From positions 273,544,001 through 273,608,000 of the forward strand of contig OZ024743.1 in assembly GCA_964016885.1 (NCBI GenBank): a stretch of DNA of 64,000 bases, in the 5' to 3' direction. This DNA comes from Eledone cirrhosa. Its lineage: Eukaryota. Shown here one piece after another: positions 1 to 15,122 of this stretch. The notes below the pieces were generated by a model. The model saw only the letters and a list, made by a program, of their open reading frames with translations, had not been told where the DNA came from and made no database searches. Both the position numbers and the translations under genes were made by a program. Numbering within the stretch: the stretch's first letter is position 1; the number at the start of each line of letters is the position of its first letter.

Positions 1-54
1 GCTGCATTCACTTTATTATTTTCGCAGCAAAGCCATCTAATTTAAGACAAAAGC

Positions 55-865
55 GAGTATATCAGCAAACTGGCCAGTCAGTTTACTGTAAATGAGCGAT
101 AAATGGCCGCCTCTGCCAAATTCAAATTAAAAAGAGAACATTTCGCTCTAGATGGCTGAATACAATAAATGTAATCTGAGTTTTTCGAATATTAATAATA
201 ACATTCGATTCGTTTTCAATTATGCAAACAAGCCTCAATTTTATAGCCATGTCAGTAGAATGGACACTTCATTTTTTCTCTTGTGTTGGCATGCGAATAG
301 AATTGCAGACACTAATGTTTCTGGGTATCGTCCTTCATCAGTACAGATCACTGTTCACCTGCCAAACTGTCAGAGCTAGTGAAAGTATATGCTATTTTCA
401 AAAATAGACAGTGACTGATCGGCTTGATTTGCATATTAGCAGACTGGCTGAACAGTCAGATCTGCATATTATCAGATACACTGATCACCCAGACATATAT
501 ATCAGCAGACTGGCCAGTCAGTTTCCTGTATACGAGCGATAAATGGCCGGCTTTGCCAAATTCAAATAAAAATGAGAAAATTTCGCTCTACGTGGCTGAA
601 TACAATAAATGTAATCTGAGTTTTTCGAATATTAATAATAACATTCGATTCATAAGCAATTATGCAAACAAGCCTCAATTTCAGAGCCATGTCAGTAGAA
701 TGAACACTTCATTCTTGCTCTTGTGTTGGCATGCGAACAGAACTGCAGACACTAATGTTTCTGGGTATCACCCTTCATTATGTATTTTTGAAAATAGCAT
801 ACATTTTCACTAGCTCTGACAGTTTGGCAGGTGAAGAGTGAGCTGTACTGATGAAGGGTGATACC
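55..865 (-). mobile_element. ~440-bp tandem-unit, hammerhead-bearing element (retrozyme-like) with a short inverted arm
   Basis: The unit repeats with period 440 (aattgcagacactaatg at 301, aactgcagacactaatg at 741). 781-865 is an inverted copy of ~325-410. The same family occurs at 57591-58248. Confidence 0.8.
303..346 (-). ncRNA. Type I hammerhead ribozyme motif
   Basis: Minus strand reads ctgta CTGATGA aggacgataccca GAAA cattagtg TC tgcaa. The core is intact and stem I pairs ctgta/tgcaa. Stem II is weakened relative to the 57.7 kb copy. Confidence 0.75.
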
Positions 866-869
866 TATC

Positions 870-1765
870 GACCACATACACCTATAGAGCCTTCCACAGC
901 AGGTCCCGTGAAACGCGGTAGTACCAAAAATACACCTCTTGGCATTACTTTCACTATTCCACGAAGACCAACCGCAGTATGAATATTTTGTCGGCTGTGG
1001 TGCTTCTGGGGCTGAAACCACACTGTTCGACAATATCCCTACATCTCTTGTCCGTACACATAGCACAAACTTTACCGGATAGGATTAAAAACAGATGCTC
1101 CTCTAATTGGAACGATATCTCTTGTCTCCCTTTTTAGAAATAGGGATTATAACTCCTGATCACATTTCTTAGGTATTTTTATAGATAACCAGGACACTCC
1201 GTATACTCACGTCAGCCAGAAAACACCGTCTCTATTCAAGGCTTCTAATATCTCGGACCAAATTTCATCCTCTCCCGCGGGCTTGCTAGCTTTTTGCGCG
1301 TAACCTCAGCCTCAGAGAGATTAGACATCACTCCCAGCAATGTATTATGTCCACCATGCGAAGATGCACCATTCTGAAGGGAGAAAAACTCCAGACGCAT
1401 TTCTGATAGCATTTGTAGACGCGGACTTTTTATTATAAAGTCGAAAGTCATTGGAGTAACGTTACTCGATAGAGTATGCAGCCCAGAGATCAAAGAGTGT
1501 CTCCGTGTAGAGCCGCTATTTCTTCGAAGTGAGAAATGTCCCCGGAAAGAATTGCTGGAGAGTTTTGACGGGCAAAACCAACCGGCAGAAGACCAAGTGT
1601 AGACCGCGAATAAGAGGTTCGGATAACATCCATGTGCTCGGTTGGTCACGCTTGGGGATTCAGCCGGAATAATTGGAGATGGGTGCATTTGACAGAGCTC
1701 ACTGCAGTGAGGATTTAAGGACGTTGCTCCTACGCCATCTGCGGAATATGTAGGTGAAGAAGACA
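870..1765 (+). mobile_element. Decayed RTE-clade LINE, 3' portion
   Basis: Plus-strand peptides VIGVTLLDRVCSPEIKECLRVEPLFLRSEK and DNIHVLGWSRLGIQPE match the fragments at 8.2-8.5 kb and 63.5 kb. Many stops. Confidence 0.7.
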
Positions 1766-1787
1766 TAGATATGTATATATATATATA

Positions 1788-1845
<58 letters not shown>

Positions 1846-1954
1846 ATGTATATTATACTCCAGAAACTGTTGAGTGCTCTAAATCAGTTATAGACATTTA
1901 TATTTGTTGAATTACCAACAAATTAAGTATCCCTTCTGCTTATATATATATATA

Positions 1955-3066
<1,112 letters not shown>

Positions 3067-3442
3067 ATATATATGCTTGCTTGTGCATACAGCCATGCTT
3101 ACAGAATGATATACAGGAGAATAATTTCCGAGGCCTTTTCAATATACACCAAGTATTATCAAGCATTCTATTACTTTATATACGTTCTACTACTTTATAT
3201 AACACACAGCTAATTAACTGCTCCTTAGATCTGGCAAACTAAATTAAGGCAGTATGTTTGAAATTGAGATAAATGGAAACATCTGCATTGACAATATTAA
3301 GGAGCAACTCCAATACCTTCATCATCAATAGTACATATATATGGCTTTATTGACAGCAAGGCTTCTTGTTCCTAAGCAATGGACACTTTTATTTAATTAG
3401 ATGCATAACTGGTTTATAATCTCGTTGCCAAATAGCGTATAC

Positions 3443-3588
<146 letters not shown>

Positions 3589-4101
3589 TTATATATATAT
3601 ATATATGTATATATGTGCATGTGTGTGTGTGTCTGTGTGTATTTGTGTGTATGCGTTTATGTGTATATGTGTGTATGTGTCTGTGTGTGTGTGTCGAGAG
3701 GGAGAGAGAGAGAGAATTATAAAAGAGTGAGAGAGAGAGAATTATTAAATAGGGATGTGATGAAAGGATATAAACATTTTTATGTAAAATACATGCCTAT
3801 GACTCGCTATGTGTCTTCATATCGCATATAATTCAACATCCGATTAATAAGGCGAAAAGCTAGCGTTTCAGAATCTTCACCCGCTTCAAAAATGTTCACC
3901 CCCTCGGTCCTGTGGCACAATAACCTATCACCTATATAGATGTTCCATATATTACATTGAAGGATATGTTTGGCCGGATGGCGGTAATTAGCAGTAGCTT
4001 AACACCACGTTTTTCGTAATGGATGCCTATACAATCAATATGTTTATGCACAATAATCATACATAAGACGTATTTTACAACCTTTAAGCTGAGGATTATG
4101 T

Positions 4102-4225
4102 GAAGGCGTGTGGTTGAGTGGTTAGAGTTTTGGATTCGCAATCATGAGGTTGTGAGTTCAATTCCCATACCGGGCGATACGTTATGTCCTTGAGCACGAC
4201 ATTTTATTTGACGTTGCTCCTGCTA
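4102..4225 (+). mobile_element. tRNA-derived SINE, second family (other copies ~16270-16380 minus, ~44440-44690 minus)
   Basis: A-box-like tggttgagtgg and B-box gagttcaattcc, followed by a CORE-like gtccttgagca segment. Confidence 0.7.
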
Positions 4226-4487
4226 TCAGGTGTTGCGACCGATAGATAGTATTAGCAACTGGAAAGACAAATGGAAACGTTGTTTCCTCGGTCTGATCTG
4301 ATGAAAGTCAATCGTTCCTAAGCTGTAACCATATCACAACTATCCCAGTACCCGTGTGATAATGTGAAACGGGCAGCTGTTGTCTGTTGAAAATACATAA
4401 AACGTGACTTATGTAAGTTTTATATATAAAAATAGTGTATACCCTTTTATATATGCCTCTATGAATCATTTTAGCGTATCTGCTAAA

Positions 4488-4585
4488 GAATTGTTTCTAC
4501 TTTAGGCACAAGGCCAGCAATTAACCAGTGCATTACTGGTACTTTATTTTATCGACCTCGTAAGGATGAAAGGCAAAGTCAACCT
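4488..4585 (-). mobile_element. SINE family A, 3' fragment
   Basis: aattgtttctactttaggcacaaggccagc...actggtactttattttatcgac...gatgaaaggcaaagt is shared with more than 10 copies in the window. Confidence 0.85.
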
Positions 4586-4886
4586 GTTTGTCAAGGTGGC
4601 ACTATATATGTAAATGAGAATCATCTTAAATGTGCAAGACGTAAAATCTATATGTAATAGCTTATTCAGTACCAAAAGAATAAATGTCACAGAAATTAGA
4701 TAACAATTCAGAAACACTAGTCTTTGGTGTTCTCAAACGACTACTAAGGTGACTCTGACATTATGTATGTAACGGTTGATGCCCGAGTTAAATAAAATAA
4801 TGAAATTAATTCAAATCCGGATATATTTTCCGAATATTTATTGTGATTAGTGATTCTAACATTAAGGACATAACAAATTATGTGAG

Positions 4887-5090
4887 ATCATTATCAACAT
4901 CATTTTAACGTCCGCATTTTCACACTTTCATGGTTTGAACAGGCCTTTTCTAGTGTGAGTCTCAGCGATTTCAGATCAGCTCTCACCACCTCACTTAGTG
5001 TACCTCTACAGCGGGTTAGTTCCATTGATATTTCCTCGAAATTTTACTATGAAAGATGCTTGAATGTAGAGAATGAAACTACTCTCATTT
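4887..5090 (-). mobile_element. RTE LINE 3'-end fragment, opposite orientation to its neighbour
   Basis: Resembles the reverse complement of the 6570-6650 terminus, including the (gat)n-like tail. Confidence 0.45.
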
Positions 5091-6650
5091 TACGCAACTG
5101 AAGAACCAGCCAAAGAGATGAAAAATGGTAACGCTTAGAGTCCATCAGAGATAGTTGGTGTGATGCTCAAAGCATCGGAGGAGTAGGAGTCGTACTAGTA
5201 CCCCCCATATTCAATAAGATAATGAAGGATGGAGTCATAACCAATGACTAGCGCAAGAGTAATATCATACATTGCTACAAGTGTCGATTTGATGCACTAC
5301 AAAGGAGCAACTATAGAGGAATAAAACGAACGGACCAAGTTATGGGAGTGGCGGGAAAACGTATAGCGCTACTAATTTCAAATTAGACGAAATGCAGTTG
5401 GGTTTCATTGCTGGGAAAAGAACGACTAATGCCCTTTTCTGTGTGAGGGGCAAGTTACTAGCCAAGAATAAGCCACTATATTTAGCTTTTGTTAATCTAG
5501 AAAGGTTTTTAGTGTAGAAAATTGGCTTGCGAGAGCCGTACAATCCATGTACAGAGAAGCTGTCAATAAAGTCAGAGTAGGAAGTGACTTTAGGGAGGAA
5601 ATCAAGGTACAGGTAGGTGTTCATCGAGGTTTGTTTCTTAGGTCATTACTGTTCATCATAGTTCTCCAGGCCATAACAGGGGATTTAAAACTGGCTGTTC
5701 ACGGGAACTTTGCTGTGCAGATGATTTGTTCATTATAGCCGAACAGATAAAAGAACTAGAAAATATGTGCCGACTATGGGGACGGAATTTGGAATCAAAA
5801 GGTCTGAGAATATATTTAGCCAAAACTAAAGGGCTAGTGAGTAGGAGAGACGATAGGACTCTGATCCCTTCAGTGGAGTGGCCCTGCTCGATATGTAGAA
5901 AACGATTACGTATAAACTCCATATGCTGTATACAATGTTCATTTTGGGTACACAAGAGTTGAAGTGGGATAACGATAGACTACTAGGAAATGAAGACTTT
6001 GTGTGTAGAAGATGCACAGGAGTAATCAAAGGGAAGAGCGTCAGTGATATAAACATCTTCAAATCATAGAACGAGTCCGTAGAAATAGTTGATAACAGGG
6101 GAGGGGGATGTTCTGAGGGCATAATAGCTACAATAAAGGTAGAATGGAAGAAATTTAGAGAACTACACCCACTTTTGACAACAAACATCTTCTCCCTACG
6201 TGGAAAAGAACAACTGTATGACGCCTGTGTACGAAGTGCGATGCTGTCTGTTAGTGTCTACAGAAGACATGCGTAGAATGGAGAGAAATAACGCAGCCAT
6301 GCTTCGTTGGACGAGCAATGTGAATGTGAGAGCTTTGATAAAGTGTGGGAGAAGCTGGGTTTAAGAATAATCTGAAGTGGTGTGCAGGAGAAAAGACTGC
6401 GTTGGTATGGACATATGATGCGCATGAATGATGATGGATGGGAGAAGGGCAATGAAATGCCAGTGGAAAGAAACCGGAGCAGATGGAGGCCGAGCTGAAC
6501 TAAAATCACTAAATACTCACAGAGGAGATAAGGAAGAAACGCTGCGAGAGAAGAGATGTTGTGCTGAAAAGGAACCGTCCAACTGAGGCCAGTGTGGAAG
6601 AGCGGACCTACAAACGATGATGATATTGATGATGATGATGATGATGATAT
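5090..6650 (+). pseudogene. Decayed RTE-clade LINE reverse transcriptase with a Cys-rich insert and (GAT)n tail
   Basis: Broken-frame motifs DEMQLGFIAGKRTTNA, KPLYLAFVNLE, VQVGVHRGL, WPCSICRK...ICCIQCSFWVHK, LYDACVRSAML and RLRWYGHM. The tail is gatgatgat at 6616-6650. Confidence 0.85.
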
Positions 6651-8164
6651 TATGAATCTGCCCTACATTCACAAACAGTTGATGAACGGATTTATTCGGC
6701 ATTTTTAAATATTTGATTATATATAGAAAACACTTAAATGATCAATTGAAGTAGCTTTTTTAATTAAATCTGGAGCAAGTTTCTAAAATTAGGTACACTG
6801 TATCATTAAAAGATAAGTTTCCATTATCCTGATGGACTCGTTTGGGTGCCGGCCTTATATTCGGTGTCTTGCGCACTTGAAAAATATCGGAGTTCTGCCT
6901 AGGTCAGGTTCAAGCACAGCTACTTTCTTTCAGATAGAGAGAGAGGGGAGAGAGAGAGAAAGAGAGAGAAAGAATCGATCTAATGCTGACAGAGTACTTT
7001 ATTTATCGATACAAAAATGATTAAAGAGAGAGTTGACTTTTTAGAGTTTTGAACTCAGATAACAATGAGACAGAACAAATTCCGGGATATTTTTTATCCC
7101 TCGTTCTAATGACATAATTTGCCACTTATTTGATTTATTTCATAACTTAAATTAATATAATTAACATTAAATATGTTTCAACATTTTATCGTAGTTGTAA
7201 AACGTGCTTTCTTTTTTAATGCGGATAATTATCTCAGCCATCAATCCTATGATATATTATACGTTCAAATAATAAACTGATTATCAATCTTGCGTTTATG
7301 CCGTGAATTATTGTCTTTGCTAATTGCCATTTCCATAAAAGAGCTCATATATTCGAATATATATATTTGGCATTTCTATCTCATTTTAAGAATGGATAGT
7401 ATTCTTTACATGTATGTTGCAAGATTACATAACGAAGATTCCTATCAAATTTCATTTCCGTATTCTTGAAATACAAAATAGGATTCTTTTTATGCATCAG
7501 TTCAAAGAAAATTTCATTATTTGAAGGGTTTGATTCCATAAAGTTGTTCCGTTTCTATTTTATATAATCCAATATCTCACTTTGTTTAATTTTCAGCGTT
7601 TGGAGGGGGCGGGTCTTTTTAATGCACATTTCTCTCATACTCGTATTTCTTTTATAATGCAACTTTTCATAATCCTGATGTCATGTCTTGCTTAGATAAG
7701 ATTTCAAGAATAGTGTGAGGGTGTACGCAGTACAGAATAGAAAAGTTAATTCCTCACATGAAGCAATATCCCTCATGACGCAAACCTCTCAACACTATAG
7801 CCAAAAGTACAAATATTAACATTATTCACCAGTGTGTGAAATTGATTTTCCTTGAACCAGTATGAACTGAGGTACAAAAAACCGAAAAGATTACTGTCTC
7901 TTCAAAGTTTAATTTAAGCCTTCTTAATGATAATATCTAGCATCATAATATCTGAAATATATTAATTTTCTGGAGTTATTCGCCTGTAAGGCGGAGAATT
8001 GGCAGATTCGTTAGAGCGCAGGATTAAGTGCTGTATTTACTCTGATTTCAAATTCACTGCAAGCGGTAACCAGTAGGTATAATAGTCAAACTCTCTATCT
8101 TCAATTCCGTATTCGTGCCAAACCTTTCCTAGGGTCATGAATCTTTGGTAATGACAAAAAAAAT

Positions 8165-8560
8165 ACCATCGCGAATACAAACGGCTGAAATGAGCTTTCT
8201 CCAAAGGATTTTCGAATAACGCTAATAGATAGAGTGCTTAGCTTGGAGATCAGAGAGCCACTCCAGATAGAGCCGCTACGGTTCCGAATTGAGAGATCAC
8301 ATCTCCGATATTCTGGGTATGTGGTTAAAATGTCTCGGGAAAGAATCGGTGGATCGATTTTACGGGTTAAAATCAACCGACTGGAGACCCAGGGGTACAC
8401 ATCAAGCAAGATGGTTGGACAACATCCATGGACTTGGCTCGTTTCCCTTGAGAATCCAGCCGAATCAAGTGTAGATGGTTACTTCTAACAGGACCCACTG
8501 GAAGTAGTGTTTGAGGATTCTGCCCCCACGACCCTCTCAGGAAAAAGAAGTAGAAGGGAA
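8165..8560 (+). mobile_element. RTE LINE 3' fragment
   Basis: RIQTAEMSFL, SLEIREPLQIEPLRFRIERSHLRYSGYVVKM and RPRGTHQARWLDNI. Confidence 0.75.
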
Positions 8561-10452
8561 GACTGCACTCGAATTTGCCTTTCACCGATTCGGCGTCAAT
8601 ATATTGCCAGTTCAAGGCCGTGGATTTGCAGAATTGTTAAATTGTCGGACGTAATTACCAGAAGCATTTATCTTTGTCTTTCGATATCTGGGTTCACGAA
8701 ACGTCGCAGCTATCAAGCAACGGCACTTGCTATTTCTTGTGACGTGAAGAAGGGAGAATTGCATGCGTGACAACTGCTAATATTCTATAAATTCCGTGCT
8801 CATTTAATCACCTTCGAGAGTAAATTTCCAGGTGTATATATTTGATCTCACGTAATAATAAGATTTGTCAAATCGCTATGATACTCTACATCAAGAGTCG
8901 ACCGTGCAAAATATAAATTTGTTATATTACATTTTGGAATAAACATTTATATTCAAATAAATTATTTAAAAAACATTGATACATCTTTTCTACTTTTCAC
9001 ATCAGGTTTGAATTTGCCATTGGTAAGATTTACTACGTGGGTACATTACGATATAGAATTTTCATTAAAAAATGTATTCAGGTTTAAGAAACCTTGTGTA
9101 TATAATTATATCTTTTAATAGAGCTGTTTGTCTTTTCTTTCCAAAAAAATAAGATATCTATTGCGTGTGCACATATATATTTTGCACCAATATATTTTTG
9201 TCCTTACTCATATATTCAAATTTAAATATATATTTGTTTTTGTATCACCGTTGTAATGCTTTCAATATCCATTTTCTTTTGTATTACTGCCTCACTTTCC
9301 CCAGGGTCTAATTTAACAATGTATATTTTGGGAGCCTATTCTGGTTGCTGTTACAAATATTATGTAGTAAAATAAACAGGGCCCTCCATAAATTTGTCTA
9401 TTCCTTATTTACTTTCATTTTTGTGTTTGCAAATAAATGAGTTCCTTATTTTCCTTCTCTAAAGTAAAATAATTCTGCGAAGATTTACATAAAACAAACA
9501 AAAGTAAATGTAGTGTATAAAATATTAGTTCGTAGGAGGCTATTGTATGGGTAATATTTCGTCGTGATCATAAACCTAAAGTTGAATTGACTTGTATATT
9601 CTGAACATAATGAGACACATAAAATATTAAATGATGTTCAATCACAGAGAAGAGCTGACGAGAAAATTTGCCTGTAACTCGACGTGCTAGAACTAAAATA
9701 TTTAACGATACAAATATATACTTATCAATATAGTACCTAATATAAAAGCAAGAAATTTGTAATTGTGGTGGGAAAACATTTGATTATATATATATAAATT
9801 TGATCAGGGTGGAACCAAAACTAAGGAGCAGAATATCACATACCATTGAAGATATATTTGTTGTGATATTTCGAATTCATAGCCACCTCAAAACGTTAAT
9901 CCATGAGTCATAATTTCTCTTAACTGGGTAACAATTATTCCTCTCCTTACTCGAAAAACTGTCGCTTTCGCAAGGGCTAGTTAACAAGATATAGGATACT
10001 GTACATTTAACACTGGGAAATCCGCTTTCGCCATTGCTCTTTGTCATATGAAAGCTTCACTAAATGTAACAATGTATTTCGCTATTCTGTCATTAACTTC
10101 GCTAATGTATGATTTTCGCAAAGCTATGCGAAACTGGAATGACTGTGTTACTATATTTCGCTTTTCAAACGGATAGGTCAAAGCATGTTCACTCAACATT
10201 AATTTGATTTATCGAACTGAGTTGGCATTACGTGATTATTGGTGATTATGGTGATTAAATATGTTAAATTTTAATTTACGATGAAAATCTGTGATTTGAA
10301 CAGTTTTCTAACATCGACAAATAAAGAAATTGTTTAGCGTAAAAAGATGAGATTCTGCAAATGATGATATGGATCATTATAATACTACAACTACTACTGC
10401 TGCTAATGATTACATTGAGATCGACAGATGTGAATATGATATATATATATAT

Positions 10453-10638
10453 ACAAAGAAAGTGTGGTAAGGAGCCAGGTAGACCATTACGCACCAGAGT
10501 ACTCGATACTTAGGGTAGTAGAGTGGGTAATTGGAAAAGAGTCACGAATCCGACGGCTGAACTACGGCCGTTTCGACAACTAGATCACAAGATCTAGCTG
10601 TCGAAACGGCCGGAGTTCGGCCATCGGCTCTTTTCCTA
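10453..10638. mobile_element. Hairpin-plus-tail element family P, copy 1
   Basis: Tail (gtggtaag...gagtgggtaa) followed by the palindrome ...gccgtttcgacaactagatc acaa gatctagctgtcgaaacggc...ttcc. TA runs on both sides. Confidence 0.85.
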
Positions 10639-13600
10639 TAAATATATATATATATATTGGTCTTTGTCCACAGATTTTCATGTGAGTATTTTAAACTTCC
10701 CAAATAAGAGGCTACCTCACAGATTCTCACTCGTTTTTCACTGGCTTATATACGTACTTGTGTGTTTGTGTGTGTGTTTGGGTGTGCGGGTGTGTGTATG
10801 CGTGTGTGGGTGTGTGTATGTGTGTACGTGTGTGTGTTTGTTTGTGTGTGTCTGTGTGCGTGTGTTTTGTTTGAATATGTTCCGTCACTCCATAATTTAG
10901 CCGCCTGACAAAAGGAGCGATAATACAAATACCAAACAAGGAAGTAACAAATACAGGGGGTGATAGGATTAGCGTTAAAGTAGGTCCCAATCAAGAATGT
11001 ATTGCTATGACTGAAACCAGAAAAAGAATATTTCATTGACAGATTTTGATGTGTGAAAGACAAGTAAAGTGTTAGCCGATGAGGGCTGACCTCACTACCG
11101 TTATCATCCTCATCACCATCATCATCACCATCATCATCGTTGTGTATCATCTGTTCTCAACAGTATGAATATTATTGATCGCAATCAGGATCATCTTGCA
11201 TTGCTTTTGTGCATTGAGACTGTCTAACTCTTGACATTATTCATATTATCTATATAATACCCGTGTTTCTTTTCTTTTGAACGCACAAAGTTCGCATATT
11301 TTGAGACATCAAAGACATCCAGTAGGGAACAAATCATGATAGTGTGAAACATGTACTTTACAACAATTGTAGAGCAAGGGGCACAAGTGTAGATCCAAAG
11401 TAAAATGTTTAGATAACATACATAGTTTCGGCAGGGGTCGTGTGGATATCCAGTCTTATCAGTTAGACGGGACCCGCAGCAAGGTGGGCATGTTCAAACA
11501 TATTCACAGGGATATGTTGGCAAAGAAAGAGAATTAAAATGTTTAAAATACATTAGGTTTCCCTCTTTGATAGTTTCTGCTCAGATAGTTTTCCCAGTTT
11601 TACTACTTCAACAATAGCGTTGTATTCTATATGAAGGACGTGCGAGACCGATTGGTTAAGAAGTTTATTTTGCAATCATTAATGCAGGGGATTAAATCCG
11701 CTTCAAGGCTATTTTGAATTTTCGTAGATGGAAGATGTTTCTGTAGTTCAAAAGACCAATTTTGTTACAGTGTCTTATTGAATTTTCCTGAGATTTAGGA
11801 AAGGTTACATTTTCTTGTGGAATTCAGTCACACATTAATATCATGAGCAAAAAGATTCATTTAACAAATAACTGTAACACTCAGTGTCGAGGTCTATTCG
11901 ATCTACCGAACCAACTTAGTTTCATTTAGGTTCATTCAATTCTGTTATGTATATGATATTCAAAAGATAATATACCCATATCTTAATATTTTGTAATATA
12001 TTTTATAAGCTATCGATGTGTTGGGTAACTTCGCAAATTTATAAAAATGTAGACATCCCGAATGCAGAAAATAACTGCAATTACTGTAAACACAATGGAT
12101 TCCTATAAATAATATCTTAGAAACGTGCGTATAGACAGAAATCCATCTATAAGATTTTGTAAGCATTCTACAACGTTTCAGTTCCATATAGAGGAGTGGC
12201 ATAGTCATAATCTTTTAAATATTTTTGATACTTTTATAACACACTACTATTTATGTGGAAAAAGTAGTGTTATTTTGTAATATGAAACATAGGAATTTGA
12301 GTAAAACTCTGGAATGAAATGGCGTCTGCCCGTTGGAATACATTCCAAAATATTTACCTAGTGATTTACTCGTTTTTTTAAATATGTGATTACTAAACCC
12401 TCTAAATGAGGAATATGTAACCATCCAGATACCGATTTTTTTCATCTGTTTAATACAAGATTTTGAAAATAAAATTCGTATGTGCACAAATAAAAGAAGG
12501 TTAGACGAATGGGTTTTTCGAGTATATTCTGTTATTATGTAGCACCAGTGCTCATACTAGAACGTTAATTCGATAACATTGTAATCAGAACAAAATTATT
12601 TGTATCAGGAAAGCTCTGCTCTTTATTCTTCAAACCGAGAGGTGGTCATTAATACGTATATTTATGAACTTAAGAAATATAATAAGATTAAGTAATTTTC
12701 ACTGTTATATATTATTACATTTTACATGATTCTATCAAATTAAAAGCAAATGCATTTCAGCTACAGCAATGCCAAATTAATCCACATAAGTAGCTGCTGT
12801 GTCAAGAGGTAATATTCAGAGTTGGATTTTATTTAATTTCTATAATGCAATATACTTTTAAACCAAATTGCTGTATGGTCACGTTAGTCTGGGGTGACAG
12901 GATGGTGGAATGCTTTGGGTGTTGAATTATTTACGTTATAGTATATAAGTTTCTTTCACTACGTCCTATATCTATATAAAGGCAAACTTAACTTTTCCTT
13001 GTCCCTTATTCACAAGAAAGTTAATATCCACATTCTATCTATCGAGTAAGTTTCTTGCAAAATGAATGTTGTTCACTTACTAGAACAATATTAAAATGTC
13101 TATAATTGTGTCAATTTGAAAATTCCATATATAATTATCATTGGAATAACTAAAATGACCAACAAATACGCTGAAAACTATAACTTGCTTCATAGTTAGA
13201 ATTCATCTGTAAATTCCCTTCCCTTCTTGGTTTACGATATTATTACATATACATCGTTTGATTCAATTAATTAACCCTTCATTCGTAATGATGTTTCTGC
13301 GTGTTAACTTTAAATAGATACGTGTGTTATATTAATTCATTTTCATATAACGTCTGATTATTGAATTCAAATAAGTTTTGGGAGAGAAGTGACTGAATTC
13401 TAATTTATCCAGCATATTCACTTGCTATTTTGAAGATCTTATGCTTAATCATTCCAATATATGATAATTATTTATTCTGGCTACGCTTAGGGCCCAATCT
13501 TATGTTTGTACTGGCGGAAAATTACAATTGAATCAATCGCGGTATAATAAAGATTTTTACCGAAGGTAAACTGCTGCGCATTTTAAGAGAATGATCACTC

Positions 13601-13949
13601 AATTTAATTAACTCTGGAAACTTCCAACTTGACAGGATTCAAAATGATATTAAGAGACATAAATAAACAAGGTACCGAGACTACCAGCCCCTGTTGTTCA
13701 TCTGAATTTATTGTGATTTATTTTATAAAATCATTGAGGTATTGACATATCAACTTTCTAGAATATCATGGAGAGAGCACAATTCTATGGACCGTGAGTG
13801 TTCCATTTGTTCGAAAGACGAAACGGAGGATCTGCTCCCGAAATAATGTGTAAGTGGCCGTGCACTCCACATATACCTGGACTCGTTACGTAATTTTAGT
13901 GTATATTACATGTAACACTTTGAGATGACTAGACATTTGAACAGACGAA

Positions 13950-14124
13950 CAGACATGTCAACACTCCCCGTCCGAGAGGGAGATCTCCCACCCAGTTTTG
14001 GATGGGTGAGAGATATCTTCTCTCGTGAAAATCATTATAGCTCTCATTATGAAAAATCTCCCGTTTTTTGGAGCATTTTTCTGATGGTACTCCTCTTTTG
14101 GGTTTTTAAAGGTTGGCAATTCTG
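13950..14124. mobile_element. Possible small non-autonomous DNA transposon (MITE)
   Basis: Imperfect terminal inverted repeats cagacatgtcaac / gttggcaattctg (10/13 match) and a GC-rich internal hairpin. No clear TSD. Confidence 0.4.
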
Positions 14125-15122
14125 AGTGGAATTATGGGTACAGTCCATCCGACGAATATCCAAACAATTTCTATCGACACGACACTGTGGTAAATACAAA
14201 CTTGCCCAATTGCTACGCTTGGGAATCGATCCCCGGACAATTCAAAATGCTATGTTACAACACTCGGATAAATCACAACGCTGATGGTAAACTACTGAAA
14301 TGGCAAAACGATTTTATTAGACACCTAAAAGAAAGGAAATTAAAATATGTTGAACAATTCATTTTAAAAATGAAATAGTTTCCAGATACTATGAAAAGGT
14401 GACAAAACAAATTAAGCGAGAAATAAAAAAATTGAATGTCTGGAAAATATCGAAAATGGGACAATTAAAGTAATGTGAAAGTAAAAGAACAGTGCAAGAT
14501 GGCGTTGATGGCGACCAATGCTATTCGGCATGACCGGAGTAGACGATACCAGATAAGGATGATAATGAGTTCACTCCTATTCGACTGAATTTTCACTTAT
14601 CCAACTACATTTTTCTTGGTTTTAGTAATAAGAATGCAGTCACGATAGGGCACCACTTTAACTTCAATCATATCTACCAGAATATTTTCAGGTCTTGTAC
14701 TCTTTCATCGATGTCCTTTTGATAAACCACTAAGGTACGAGACTCGGAAGAATTTTCAATTTAAAACAGCGCGGCGAAACTAGATATAATAAACTCTATT
14801 ATTCGATGATCAACGTTTACTAGCCAAAATCCACCATACTATGTCTATTTTGTTTATTTAAAATATTATAGTGCACTTATCATCAATATAGCGAGTGGCC
14901 TTCAATTACGTTGGACCTTCGCCCAACTTTGAAAAACCATACTGGTTTATGATATTATAAGTTTACATTTAAATAAGTTTTTTATAGCGTATAGATACAT
15001 ATATCTGTTTGCCAAATACATTTCTATATATTTCTCTCGTTGTTTATTTTTATTCAATTTGGGCATCGTCTTAACATGTTTTATATCATTCACTTTTTGA
15101 TATATATATATATATATATATA

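Noticed and set aside
1245-1766. 173-aa minus-strand ORF
   Set aside because: It is the antisense of a decayed RTE 3' end.
4298-4320. Isolated CTGATGA or CTGACGA words (also ~9655 and ~63802)
   Set aside because: No helix II, GAAA or stem I in the required arrangement.
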